Source: Eledone cirrhosa | Lineage: Eukaryota | Assembly: GCA_964016885.1 (NCBI GenBank) | Contig: OZ024743.1 | Coordinates: 365,614,001 to 365,678,000, forward strand | DNA length: 64,000 nucleotides | Reading direction: 5' to 3' | Shown: piece by piece, positions 27,636 to 40,433 of the stretch | Position numbering within the stretch: the first letter of the stretch is position 1 | How the letters are laid out: each line of letters begins with the position of its first letter | Position numbers and translations under genes: made by a program | The notes under the pieces: generated by a model | The model's input: only the letters and a program-made list of their open reading frames with translations | Databases searched by the model: none | Told to the model about the DNA's origin: nothing

Positions 27636-27636
<1 letters not shown>
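27072..27636 (-). mobile_element. Non-coding PLE-type element: inverted arms (27134-27231 / 27537-27636), hammerhead and conserved tail
   Basis: ~100-bp inverted repeat, hammerhead at 27181-27271, tail 27072-27133 shared with 30249-30309 and 33881-33942; flanked by (TA)n. Confidence 0.75.
27181..27271 (-). ncRNA. Hammerhead motif with extended (62 nt) stem II domain
   Basis: CGTAT-CTGAGGA-[62 nt]-GAAA-CAATTG-TA-TTACG then AATAAA. Confidence 0.7.
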
Positions 27637-27727
<91 letters not shown>

Positions 27728-27730
27728 CCC

Positions 27731-27767
<37 letters not shown>

Positions 27768-28309
27768 CCCATAAATACACAACTTACAATTAAGAAAATT
27801 CGTTAATATTTATCATAGTCTGAGAGAGTTATGTTAGCATAAGCCATAGAGTGATAGACAGAATATCTTGTAATATTTAGTTGCGTATCTTTACGTATTG
27901 AGTTCAAATCTTTGGAACGTCGAGTTACTATTCTCTCTTACGTGCTGGGTGGATCGATAAAATAAGTTCCAGTCGACTATTGGAGTCTATTTAATAGACA
28001 ATACGCCACCCCCTAAATTTGAGAGAGTACATCGACTAATTTAAGAATCAATATTTGTCGCCCACTTATTCGATTGTATATTTAAGAGGGAAATGATTTA
28101 TTTATTGATTATTTATTCGTCGATGTAATTTATTATATCAAACTATCCACAGACTGCCAATTCGATCGTATTAGTCTACCAGACAATAAGTTGGGGTTTG
28201 TATGTCGACACTGCACTACTACTCTAAAAATAGTCTAAATCAGAGTTTCCCAAAATGGATTCCTCGATACAATTCAGAGGAACCATAAATTAAGTTGTTA
28301 TTTAATAAT

Positions 28310-28473
28310 ATTGGCAGTATCGGTAGAGGGTCGGACGCCATGCTTTCGAGCATAGTTACGTCCCTTTACGGTCTGAATTAAAATCTCGCCGAGGTTAACT
28401 TTCATCCTTAAGGAGTCGATAAAATAAAGTACCAGTAATGCACTGGGATAATTGCTGGCCTTGTGCCAAAAGT
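28310..28473 (+). mobile_element. SINE family A
   Basis: Matches family A with a small internal deletion. Confidence 0.85.
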
Positions 28474-28494
28474 ATATTATATCAATTATATTGA

Positions 28495-28722
28495 GGAAAA
28501 GACGATTCAGTCATTCGAAAATACACAAAAATTGTTAATTTCACTTTATATTTATGATATATTTTTTTACATCGTATTCTTTGCGACCTGATTAGTGACA
28601 CCGTTTCACCAGGACGCAAAGAGTGCGATGAAATTTTGATATTAAGAAATGTGTAAAGTAAAGTTAAATGTAACGTGAAGTTAACAGTTTTTTGTGGTTT
28701 TGAATGGCTAAATTACTCTCTC
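28495..28722. repeat. ~225-bp imperfect palindrome (foldback/MITE-like)
   Basis: Outer arms ~28498-28552 / 28670-28722 and inner arms CATCGTATTCTTTGCGACCTG / CAGGACGCAAAGAGTGCGATG are mutually complementary. Confidence 0.7.
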
Positions 28723-29977
28723 GCGGTTTAATTGAATTAGTTTACACAGTCTCAGAACTTGCCAGATAAGTACAACTCTGAAATATATTATGTCTTTTTT
28801 AATGTATATTTTGTATGTTTTTATGTATACTATTTTTTTTTCTGAAAACCTCCTGTTTCGTTTAACGTCTTATTAAACTTATAGTGGTGGGGATTGTCCG
28901 TGAAATATAAATCTAGCTTCCGCGACAAAATAAATTTGGGAACCACTTACATAGACACCTGACGCTTAAATAGTCTAATCCACTTAGGAATAGCTGACTG
29001 ATTGCTACAGTGCACAACTCTAATGGTGATAAACATGATGAACATTAATAATTCCTATGACCTCCTTTTCCCCATTATTTATTGTGAGTGCACGTGTCTG
29101 TGAATACATATCTCCCATCATCTATGCAGTTACTTAATCTTGTTTTCTTCCTTTCTGTTCCCACCAGTCCCTTATCTGCATATGTGGCCATATGTCGTAC
29201 CTTGTTTATAACGCTCTGACTACCACTCACACCAATCATAATGACATTTCGTCTCACTCAAGAGAGGGAGCTGTCATAGGCATGACCACCGACAGCATAT
29301 TCTACAACAATAAGACAAACTTAATCTGTCAGTATTCTCGTATTCAACGCTAATAAATGAACGATTTAATGGCGGTGGGAGGTGAAATCTGATGAATTTT
29401 AGGCAGAGCACTGCTCCGAAGAAGTGCCTTTGGAAGGATATCAATGCAATTGAGGAATATACAATTCTTGTTAATACTTTAAACAATTACTGTGAGGCTA
29501 TGCTTAGATCAGGATGCATGCAAGAAAAGATGAAATACATTCAGAATTATCTCTAGTACTTGCGATGACAAAAATAGTATTAGACATTGACTAGTATTAT
29601 TTTTCATTAGTACCAGTAATGTACTGGGTTATTGCTGCCCTTGTGCCAAAAGTAGAAACAATTATTTTTCATTTACTACGTGTGTGATAGTCTTCAGCTA
29701 ATTAACTAAAATATCACGATGTGGTTTGAGCAAGATTTTGTTGCTATTTCTAGCCGATCGACAATGGAAACTGCCTAGTGTAATTTCGTTAAATTGTGTT
29801 GTTCTCTTGCATTGTTCTTTCTTGTTGACTTTTAATATATATATATATACATATTTGTGAGGGCAGAAGTTCGATTCTTCGTAGTGGTTGCTGGCCACTT
29901 TTCTCCGCTTACTGGAGTTTTTATCCGATTCTCTAAGCACTTACTTATAGCAATCGATTGCCTTTTCTGCGTTTGAA

Positions 29978-30019
<42 letters not shown>

Positions 30020-30025
<6 letters not shown>

Positions 30026-30309
30026 TAAAAAAACGAAAAATCAGTGATGCATCTGGACTCATTTATTGCGTGTTACGAGTGAGAAAATTTGCTCCGAACG
30101 AACTGCCCGTGTCCGAAGAAACCTGCAGCCGTAGAATCAGCCAGATCCATACAGTGATCATGTCTCGAGCTACCTGCCGGCGAAACAATTGTAACACGCA
30201 ATAAACTGAGTCCAGATGCATCACTGATTTTTCGTTTTTTTATACTATCCACACTCTGCTCTGTATGAATATTGAGTGCTAATTTTGGCATACCGCCTAT
30301 GGAAGCACC
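30020..30309 (+). mobile_element. Non-coding PLE-type element, same family as 27072-27636
   Basis: Inverted arms 30020-30076 / 30191-30248 containing AATCAGTGATGCATC, hammerhead 30108-30198, tail 30249-30309; in (TA)n. Confidence 0.75.
30108..30198 (+). ncRNA. Hammerhead motif with extended (62 nt) stem II domain, CCGA core variant
   Basis: CGTGT-CCGAAGA-[62 nt]-GAAA-CAATTG-TA-ACACG then AATAAA; perfect 5-bp stem I. Confidence 0.7.
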
Positions 30310-30748
30310 ATAGCTACCATTATACACACGTATATATATATATATATATATAGTATATATATATTTTTTTTTAATTGAATCTATGTTAATTTAAAATTAA
30401 CATAAATAGAAAAGTTGTAACCCGTTCAAAGGTTCTAAAAATAGATTATATATGTTAATATGCCAAATACACGTACTTCCTTGTAAAGTGAAAAAAATCA
30501 TATATATCTACATTCAGTTTTCGGACCTAACTGGGATTTAATCAGAAGGCATCTATATCATCTAAAAAAACTCACAAGGAAATACGTAATTGAGAGGTTT
30601 ATATAACTTATCAGTTATAGGAATGTCCTGAAATAAACGTACTAATTTGCATATTACTAGCACTCGTGTTGGGAGTTAATATATATATATTAGGTTTTAT
30701 GCTAAAGAGCCGAAATGTACGATGAAATTAAATCTGTATACATCATTA

Positions 30749-31737
30749 TCTATAAAAGGCAGATTGTTGTTGTGTGTGTGTGTGTGTGCATGTTCCATGT
30801 TTATACATTTGCACAATTTCAAACCGATTCGACTGAAAGTCTGCAAGAATGTTGTAAATCCTCTAACTTAGATCAATGACTATTTATTTATTTCAAACTC
30901 ACCCACAATTACTGAAATAATCGATAAAACTAAATACATGACGCTTTACCCCCTCTAATAAAATCTGATACCCTCTCTCTACTCCCCTTAAAATTCGATG
31001 AAACTACATACATGCTGCAACTTTCTCTTATATACGCTTAAATTTACAAACTTCCTTTAGGAACGCCGAAGAAAGAAGAGAGAAAGAAATGAAGGAGAAA
31101 GAGAGAGTGGGAGAAAAGAGAATGAGAGAGAGAGAGAGAACGTTTGTTTCTGAGTGTGGAACGGTCAAACATTTATTTACTTCAATGACAACGAAGAGAA
31201 CTTATTACATTTCATACGAAACAACAATTATTCAAAAGCAACAGATAAATTTATTCAACAACAACAAAAATAGCGATAAATCTTTTTTAAAACATCTCTC
31301 AACGAACGTGGAAGAAAGAAGTATCAGTTTATTTACTATACACAATAATATCCTCTATGAGGTCACTAAACCTGATAGAAACAGCAGCTAACTCTCCCCC
31401 GTATCACACCTCTCCCTACTGTCTTAAATTTAGAAAACACACATTAGACAACCATGCAGAACAACTCCATCGCAGCTCTGTTGTTCGGCTGGCATCGTCT
31501 ACGCGCGTGTTGCGCAAGTACTGTGAAACAATAAATTTCAACACTTCTTTGCATAGAGATAATATCCATAGGCGAAACTACAATTGACACTGCTGGCGCA
31601 GCTCCTGCTTCGGCAGTCCAGGTCTGCAATTCATTCACCCAGTGCCTGGCAGACAAAAAGGTGCTGCCATAAAATGGGTAGTGCAACCTAACTTTGGTAA
31701 CTTACTGACCCCAAGCAACGCCGGGCTTTAATGCTAG
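30749..31737 (+). mobile_element. Non-autonomous Helitron-like element
   Basis: A|TC start (TCTATAAAAGGCAG...), 3' GC hairpin CCCCAAGCAACGCCGGG followed by CTAG|T; 3' end nearly identical to 41760-41788. Confidence 0.7.
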
Positions 31738-32759
31738 TATAAAATAGAGGTAATCAAGACTGGGTAAAGATGTTTATAGATTTATGCACTTTGATCTCCA
31801 AAGAAAATGTGAAAACGCATTTTAATTTTAAAAAAACCCTGGATAATGGGGGCAAAATCATAAATGAATCTGCCTGCGATTTAAAAATCAAACAAGAAAA
31901 TCTTGGTAAAAATAGAAATTTGCTCAGAGTGGTTTTCTTCATAAACTTGTCCAACATTGAACATTTATGGCGAAGGACGTAACGTCAGACATTGTTGGCA
32001 ATTGATAATATTCCAGGCTACATCTAGAATATCGACACCCTTTATAGCTGAATTTCTATCGAAGTAGTTTACCTGGCACCAAACACTACATTCTTACTCC
32101 AGTCCATGATTCTTCACCTTCTTTCAAACAACGTTTCAAACAAAAAAATCGTCAAGTTAAAAATCTATCGGGAACAATTGGTAAAACTACCATATAGCAA
32201 AAGCCATAGATAATATGAAAGAAGGCGAGTATAAAGTAACCGAAAGGGCACGAGAAGAGTTTGTAAGAAGTTATGATAAGAATCATCTAATAACTGAAAA
32301 TTGACGAACAAAGAATACTAGCAGTTATCAAAAACATCGTTGAGTTAGACTATGAAAGGAGCATGCAAAAAATCATCGTGGAAGATTAGAAAGTTTCACA
32401 TAAAAAATGTTTCAGTTATTAGCTGATTCTTATTTGAAAGTTTCATAGAAAAATATTATCTGCAGAAGCGCTTTCAGATTTAGATCAACAGCGCATCCAA
32501 AATAATCCTAAAGACTCTAATATTGAAACTGTCACACTAAAAAGAATTCTTATTACTGAATTCCTGAGAAACTGCATTGCCAAGATTAATGAAGTCATCG
32601 TACAGTTTATTGAGAATTACTCTAACTGGCAGATAAACAGCAGACCAGCGAAGTGTTTCAGATATTATGTCCTGCTACCATGAAATGCTGTGAGATAAGA
32701 CTCAAGAATATGCACTCGGCATTAGATGTATTCTTCTAAATGTAATGTGAGGGAGAAGT

Positions 32760-33121
32760 CTGGCCTTGTCTCTCTTCTCAGATACAATCTTTTGTGTATA
32801 TATGGTCCCGTAACTCCTGATAGATTCGTAGGGGCGCCATATTGACATACGGCGTTTCTTGGGTATTTTAAGCCTGGCGGAACACATCCCTCTCCAGGCC
32901 TGAGTACAGCAGATTTCTTCCAGAGAAAGATAGAAAGTGAGAGAGAGGAAATGAGAAAGAGATATAGAGGAAGAATCCACCCCAGTACTTTTTTTATCGA
33001 CCTCGAAAGGGTGAAAGGCAAAGTTGACCCCGGCGAGACTTAAACTCAGAGAGCGGAGATCTGGAACGAATGCCATAAAGTATTCTATTCGACGTTCTAA
33101 TGACTCTGCCAATTCACCGCC
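32760..33121 (-). mobile_element. SINE (family A-like head/core with a different long 3' part)
   Basis: Head and core at 32985-33121; the 3' part is shared with 59590-59770. Confidence 0.7.
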
Positions 33122-33479
33122 TAATCTTCTGTGTACTATTTTTCAATGATGCATTTAAATTGAATTAATGGTGATTCGGCTTCAGTACACGTAGTTAAAG
33201 TTAATTAATTTAACCTGGTTCATAATTTTTTTATAAAATTTGATCTTAATATATTTTTTCCAATTTTATTACACCAGCAGACCACAATCTTTGACATCAT
33301 ACTGTGTTAGATAATCTAAAATTATTTAGTGGTTGACTCATATGACAACGAATTTCGGGATTTTTAGCTTATTTGGCGATGTTTATTATGCGTTTGTATT
33401 ACTGTTTAAAATATCCCGCTCCGGTAGTTTTAGAAACTGACCTATAGCGTTGACCGGGGTGTTACTCTCTACACACTCG

Positions 33480-33543
<64 letters not shown>

Positions 33544-33566
33544 TATATATATATATATATATATAT

Positions 33567-33600
<34 letters not shown>

Positions 33601-33757
33601 CCACAAACCCTCCATCTCAATTCTACGTTTGAAAAGCATAAGAAATGTGAAACCGGTAAATAAATATTCTTAAAAAGACTCCAGTTGCATTTTCGATTTC
33701 TTTTCCTTATACTTTCACTCGTGTAGGACATCTCGTTTTTTTTCATTTTTATTAAAA

Positions 33758-33833
<76 letters not shown>

Positions 33834-33835
<2 letters not shown>

Positions 33836-33942
33836 ACGGAGAATCAGTGTCGCAACACTGATTCTCCGTTTCTTATGTGATATCATACTCTGCTCTGCAA
33901 GAGCATCGAGTGCTCAAACGGCCTACCGCTTACGGACGACCC
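33834..33942 (+). mobile_element. Minimal member of the 27072/30020 family: 17-bp hairpin plus tail
   Basis: AAACGGAGAATCAGTGT-CGCA-ACACTGATTCTCCGTTT followed by the ACTCTGCTC...GAGTGCTCA...TACCGC tail. Confidence 0.65.
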
Positions 33943-34463
33943 AATAATCTATATTAATTATCTCTTCAATGATTTTTATTTTTATCCCAATTGTTTACAT
34001 CCATGCGCCTCGTTCAGTATTTCTTTCTCTTTTGTCACTCATTTACTCTTCCTTTTCTGTCTTTATTTCCTTCTATATTTTTCTTTATTTGTTTATTACT
34101 TGCTTGTTTTCCTTCATTCGTTCAGCCTGTCTGTCTTCATGTCCTTCATTTCTTCTCTTGTCATTTATCTCTGTCCATTTTGATTTCTCCCTCGTCTCCT
34201 CCTTTTATTCTAGTAGACCCTTGATACCATGTAGATTTTCTGAAGCATTACATATTAACAATGTATTTCCCCTTTTCCTGCCCTCCCCACCTCCTCCCCA
34301 TTGTCCCATAAATGCTACGTTCCTTTATTTTTTTATTTGTTTGTTTGTTTATTTATTTATTGCTTGGGCATTTTGTCTTTAAAAATTCCCAAGTCGATCT
34401 TATCTTATCAACCGTCTGCCAAAGTCTTTTGGTCATTGTTTCCTATTTGTTTTATTGTTATCG

Positions 34464-34498
<35 letters not shown>

Positions 34499-34591
34499 GC
34501 TGTGTTCTTCTTCTTGTTTTTCTTTTTCTTTTTCTTTGTATTTTTCTTTTTTTTTCTTTCTTCTCTTCTGTAGTATTATTAGTAGGAATAA

Positions 34592-34968
<377 letters not shown>

Positions 34969-35160
34969 AATGAAGTTGATGGTGTTTTGTTTGTTTATCA
35001 TTTTGTTCATTATCTTTGCACATCTGTGTCTATCTGCCCCCCTCCCTCCTTCAACTAATTTGTCATTAAGTCAGCAGTGAATGCCATGTCTACGGGTCGT
35101 TAACACACACTGAAGTTGGAGAGGAGGAGAGGGAAATAGGAAGAGGAAGAGGGGGAGGGG

Positions 35161-35191
<31 letters not shown>

Positions 35192-36635
35192 GCAGTGTAA
35201 GGGATTGTGGAAATTAGGGAAGAAAGGGGGAAAAAAGAAAAGGAGTTAGGAAGACAAAAAGCGAGAGGAAATCAAATTAACAACGAAAAGGTTGGAGGGA
35301 AAAAGAGGGAGAAGGATTAAAAGGAGGAGAAGAATGATTATATTAAGATATACAGAGACATCACAAAGAGAAGAAAATTAGAAAGAGAAGGGGGGGTGAT
35401 GATGATGATGATGAGGAAGAGGAGGAGGAGGAGGAGGAGGAGGAGGAGGAGGGGGAGGATGGAATAGAAAGATGCGAAAAAAAATAAGAAAGAAAGAACG
35501 GAGGAAAAAAGGAAAAAGGAGAGAAAAAGGTACGCGAAAGCAGAGGGGTGAGAAGGTGCAACAAGAGAGGGTGACTATGAAAAAGAAATGGTCATATATA
35601 ATAGAGAATGAGAGAAAGAGAGAGGGAAAGAGAAAGAGAGAGAGGTGGAGGAAAGAGAGAGAGAGAAAGAAAGAGTTGTTGGAGAGAGAAATAGGAGAAT
35701 TAGAGAGGAGGAGAGAGTGGGAGAGAGAGAGAATGAAGGAATAAGTTAGTGAGAAAGAAAACGTGTGAGGTTCTTAATGATTTATAATTAGATGGCAGAA
35801 TGATTCGGTCGATAATCGTTAAGTTCCGGGTTCGATCCCACTGCGAGATCTTTACGGCAAGTGTAATTATCATAGCCACGGGTCAACCCATGCCAGATGC
35901 GTGATATTGGGTTGGGGGAAGTTGTTTGGAAGACCTTCTGACGGAATGTACCTGTAATTCAAAGAACCAGCTTTGTCACTCACTGTGTCACCTTAAATCT
36001 TCCTGAGAATTTCATTAAGGTTTCACTCGTCTTTGTATGGTCAGCTACTTACACGTTAATTTCATGAGCGAGCTGTCCTGTTCATCGAACCGACGGATGA
36101 CCATAGAATTCTACATAAGTTATAGGGAGGGGAAACGCGAAGGACCTGATCGTGAGATCGGACCAAGGAATGTCCACATTTATCTTTCCATTACTGATAC
36201 TATCTGGCGGTCACAACTCTCAGAAGAAGTTGAACTCCGAACACACAGAGCAAAATATCCCATCCAACTCTTAGTCAATTCAACCCATCTACTGCCACTA
36301 GACTGGTACTTTATTTGTTGACTCTGAAAGACAAGTTGACCTCGGTAAGATTTGAATTCAGAACGCCGTGTGAGCCTGAACAAATAACGAGACGCTTAAT
36401 ACGTCTTCACCGTGGCAGAGGGAAGAAAAGATAAGAAAAACTACAGAGGAGGAGAGAGGTAAGGAAGGGGAAAGAGAGACAAATAGACATACGGAGTTAA
36501 AGAAGAGACACGGTAAAGAGATGATGCATGCTGGTATTCCGTTGCTTGTAAGAACTGTTTAAAACATACAAAAAGAGAAAGAAAGAATGAAGAAAATAGA
36601 TTATAAAGAAACAAAAAAGCTTGAAGTGAAAGGTA

Positions 36636-36942
36636 CTCTTGGGTCTCAAATAATGGGGGTGGGGTAGAATAAGCAGGGGGTGACATTCTTATAAGATGGG
36701 TGAGGGTCGGTAATTGTATAGTGTACATTCGAAAAATATGGGATTTCTTGTAATGTTCTTTTTTTGTCAGACATAATGCTTTTACTGTAAAATAAAATAT
36801 TACTAGCTACTCCAGCTGCTGTATCAATATGAATCGCTTGCAATAAAATTTCGCCGCAATAAAATTTAATAAGCGATGGGGTGGAGGTGGGGTCTGAAAA
36901 ATTAATAAGTGGGGGGGGGGGGGGGTATTCAAGACCTGAGAG
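36636..36942. mobile_element. Tc1/mariner-like MITE
   Basis: TA|CTCTTGGGTCTCAAATA ... TATTCAAGACCTGAGAG|TA imperfect TIRs, with subterminal AATAAG-G-run repeats. Confidence 0.6.
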
Positions 36943-37037
36943 TAAATGGATTTCAGTTCAACCCGCAGGAAGGCGGAAAAAAAACCCGCCAAATAATCTA
37001 TTCGACGCTCTAACGACTTGAACAAACTTTTACTAGA

Positions 37038-37765
37038 GTGCATATATATGACCACATCATGTACTCTCGTTACGTAGACGATATTAATATAGTAATAAGG
37101 ACACCCCCACAAGAGAGTACTAACAAGTATGATTTAGAATGTAGCACAATGGAAAGCATCCAGCAGATAGCTAATTCCATACACCAGAGTATAACTGTAA
37201 CTATCGACTACCCTTCCAAACACCCTAACAGTAGACTACCTGTATTAGACACGGAACTCTGGATTAACAATATAGACGAGAGGGACCAAATTCTCCACTC
37301 ACACTACGCTAAACCCATGTCCTCCAAATACCTGATACTCAAAAAGTCAGCAATGTCCAGTAGTGCTAAGTTTAATATTCTGATCGCAGACTTGGTACGA
37401 GTGATGAAGAACGTGTCCCGCATGTGCGACCCAACAGAAATGGAAAGACACATCCAACACTTCATCAACCGCATGCAGTTCTCTGGCTACAACCAAAGAG
37501 ACAGAATCAGAGTATACGAAGGAGCCAGGGAGAAGTATAAGACCCTCATAGAACTGGACATGAAAGGAATTTGCCCATTATTCAGGAGCAAATCATGGAA
37601 TAGCTTAGATAGGACTAAACATAAGATAGGGAAAGCCACCTCATGGTACGACAAACAGAGATACCAGAGTGTCATGTTCGTAGACGCTACCTCTGGAGGG
37701 AAATTAGCTAACCAGTGTAGAAAGGCCCTGAGGAAGACCCACTTAAAGATTAAGGTGGTAGAAAA

Positions 37766-37768
<3 letters not shown>
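37038..37768 (+). pseudogene. PLE reverse transcriptase fragment (truncated both ends)
   Basis: Open frame with YSRYVDDIN, DYPSKHPNSRLPVLDTELW, HYAKPMSS, MQFSGYNQ; paralogous to 38633-39821; ends in (TA)n before the GIY-YIG domain. Confidence 0.9.
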
Positions 37769-37816
<48 letters not shown>

Positions 37817-37860
37817 GACGTAAAATAAGAAAATTATAAAAATTAACTTACTAAAATTTC

Positions 37861-37943
37861 ACTCCAACTAATTCGTTTCTGAAAGGCAATAAACATGGTT
37901 TCCGAATGGAACCCATGGAGAAAGCCTTTCGTCATCAGGAAGT
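37861..37943 (-). ncRNA. Hammerhead motif with long stem II
   Basis: Minus strand ACTTC-CTGATGA-C-GAAAGGC...GCCTTTC-A-GAAA-CGAATTAG-TT-GGAGT. Confidence 0.65.
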
Positions 37944-38205
37944 CTATTCTCAGCTAATTTCTCAGGCGATGCGTGGACACAGGGAACTTATACAAAAATA
38001 ATTCAGTGGATGGAAAAAAGCAAGCGTGGACTAAATTCCAAGACATTGAAAAAATCACTGCCTACTTGGTCGGTGGCAAATTCAAAAGAATCAATCACGT
38101 GACATCGAGGTTAATCAGTGAGGAGTGGGGTGTTATGAAGACAGTAGCCGAACTATTACTATGAACTATAGTAGCAGTTTTGGCAAATTTTTGCTCAACA
38201 AAATA

Positions 38206-38289
<84 letters not shown>

Positions 38290-38509
38290 CGTTTCTGAAT
38301 TTGTTTAGCAAGATTCTTTATCTGAAATCGTGTGTTGAAACCGATATTGTTATACTTTGGGAGGGTCATGTTGCCAATAAGAAACACACGCACCAGTTGC
38401 TTTCACTTCAATTTATTATATATTTATACATTTATAAATTTACAAATCTACAAACTTATAAATTTCTGGTTGGTTGGTTGGTTCCACAACCAGATAGTTG
38501 TTTATATAT

Positions 38510-38554
38510 AGTCATAGTCTTTTCGTCACACACTCTGTGACCTCTTCAGTGACT
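38510..38554 (-). ncRNA. Minimal type I hammerhead in left pLTR
   Basis: AGTCA-CTGAAGA-G-GTCACA-GAGTG-TGTGAC-GAAA-AGAC-TA-TGACT. Confidence 0.85.
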
Positions 38555-38632
38555 GGGGATTCCTTTCTTTGTTTCTGTGCCTTTCCTTTCTTCTGTCCTA
38601 CGCCATTTTGTTTCTGTGTGTGTGTTGTGTGC

Positions 38633-39821
38633 TCAGTTTGCGCATGCGCCACATCCGGGTGTCTGTGTGTGTTTGTGTTCATTTATCTCATATTTTCTAT
38701 TTAATTTTGGTTGTAATTCTTTTATGCTTACTGCCTCTGTAATTTGCCTAAACATTGCATCTTTTCTGTGTGTGGATTCTATTTTTATTTCTATGTTCTC
38801 TAATTTACCCTTGTGTTCTATCTTAGCATGTTGGTAGAGTACAGATGATTCTTTATTATTTTGAAGGTCTCGCCAGTGTTCATTTATCCGTTCCCCTATA
38901 CTACGAGCTGTCTCACCTATGTACACTATATTTTTGTTTCTACATTGTCCTTCAGTACATCTTATGCTATACACTACATTTCTAGTTTTACAGTTAATAT
39001 GGGGGCTTATTTTACAGGTTATACATCTCTTATCTATACATGAGGGTCTTTGGAACGGGTATGTCTTGCTAATAAGTGTTTTTACGGAGGTACCTGGTCT
39101 TTCTACTATCTTAATATTGAGTTTATGTTTACTTAGGGCCCTTCTAAATTTGTAGGCTAGTTCGCCTCTAGGGGTTGTATTGATGAACATTACACTCTGG
39201 TATTTATTGCTATCATACCATGAGTTTATTCTATTGGCCTTGTTCCTAGTTCTTTCTATTCTATTCCAAAATTTGCTCCTATACAAGGGGCAGGTCCCAT
39301 TTATGTCATTATTTAACATTTTTTCCCATTTGGTTCTGGCTCCTCTATACACTCTGATTCTATCTCTCTGATTGTAGCCAGAGAACTGCATACGGTAGAT
39401 GAAGTGTTGTATGTTTCTCTCTAGTTCTTCGGGGTTGCACATGCGGGACACATTTCTCATCACCCGTACCAAATCCGCAATCAGTATGTTGATTTTGGTA
39501 TGGTCCGAAATGGCCGAGTTTCGGTGGATCAGATGTTTGGAAGTCATGGGTTTGGCATAATGGGAATGGAGGATTTGTTTTTGGTTGTTAATGGTATCTA
39601 ACCAGAGCTCTGTGTCTAGTACAGGTAATCGATGGTTGGGGTGTCTACTTGGGTAGTCTATAGTAACTCTAATGCTCTGGTGGATGGAGTTTGCTATTTG
39701 CTGGATGCTTTCCATAGTGTTTTTCTCTAGTTCCTGACTGTTCTCTAGTGGGGGTGTCTTAACTACGATGTTTATATCATCTACGTAGCGGGAGTACATT
39801 ATCAGGGTTAAGCTGTCTTCT
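38633..39821 (-). CDS. PLE RT C-terminal half + GIY-YIG endonuclease (5'-truncated ORF)
   Basis: YSRYVDD, LPVLDTELW, CxxxxCxxC linker, NVVYSIRC...YIGETARSIGERINEH...RQITEAVSI...PKLN; uninterrupted frame. Confidence 0.92.
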
Positions 39822-40301
39822 AATATAGTGTACATAGGTGAGACAGCTCGTAGTATAGGGGAACGGATAAATGAACACTGGCGAGACCTTCAAAATAATA
39901 AAGAATCATCTGTACTCTACCAACATGCTAAGATAGAACACAAGGGTAAATTAGAGAACATAGAAATAAAAATAGAATCCACACACAGAAAAGATGCAAT
40001 GTTTAGGCAAATTACAGAGGCAGTAAGCATAAAAGAATTACAACCAAAATTAAATAGAAAATATGAGTGGAACAGCAACATCACAACTTACAATTAAGGA
40101 CAAAATGAAAACACACACACACATAGAACAAACAACCAACCAACAACATGTAAATAAATAAACAAATAGATAAATGAACACAAACACACACAGACACCCG
40201 GATGTGGCGCATGCGCAAACTGAGCACACAACACACACACAGAAACAAAATGGCGTAGGACAGAAGAAAGGAAAGGCACAGAAACAAAGAAAGGAATCCC
40301 C

Positions 40302-40346
40302 GGTCACTGAAGAGGTCACAGAGTGTGTGACGAAAGGACTATGACT
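40302..40346 (+). ncRNA. Minimal type I hammerhead in inverted pLTR
   Basis: GGTCA-CTGAAGA-G-GTCACA-GAGTG-TGTGAC-GAAA-GGAC-TA-TGACT. Confidence 0.85.
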
Positions 40347-40433
40347 ATATATAAACAACTATCTGGTTGTGGAACCAACCAACCAACCAGAAATTTATAA
40401 GTTTGTAGATTTGTAAATTTATAAATTTATAAA

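Noticed and set aside
40068-40169. 102-bp difference between pLTR copies as a spliced intron
   Set aside because: No register gives GT...AG boundaries that reproduce the observed junction; it fits a microhomology deletion.
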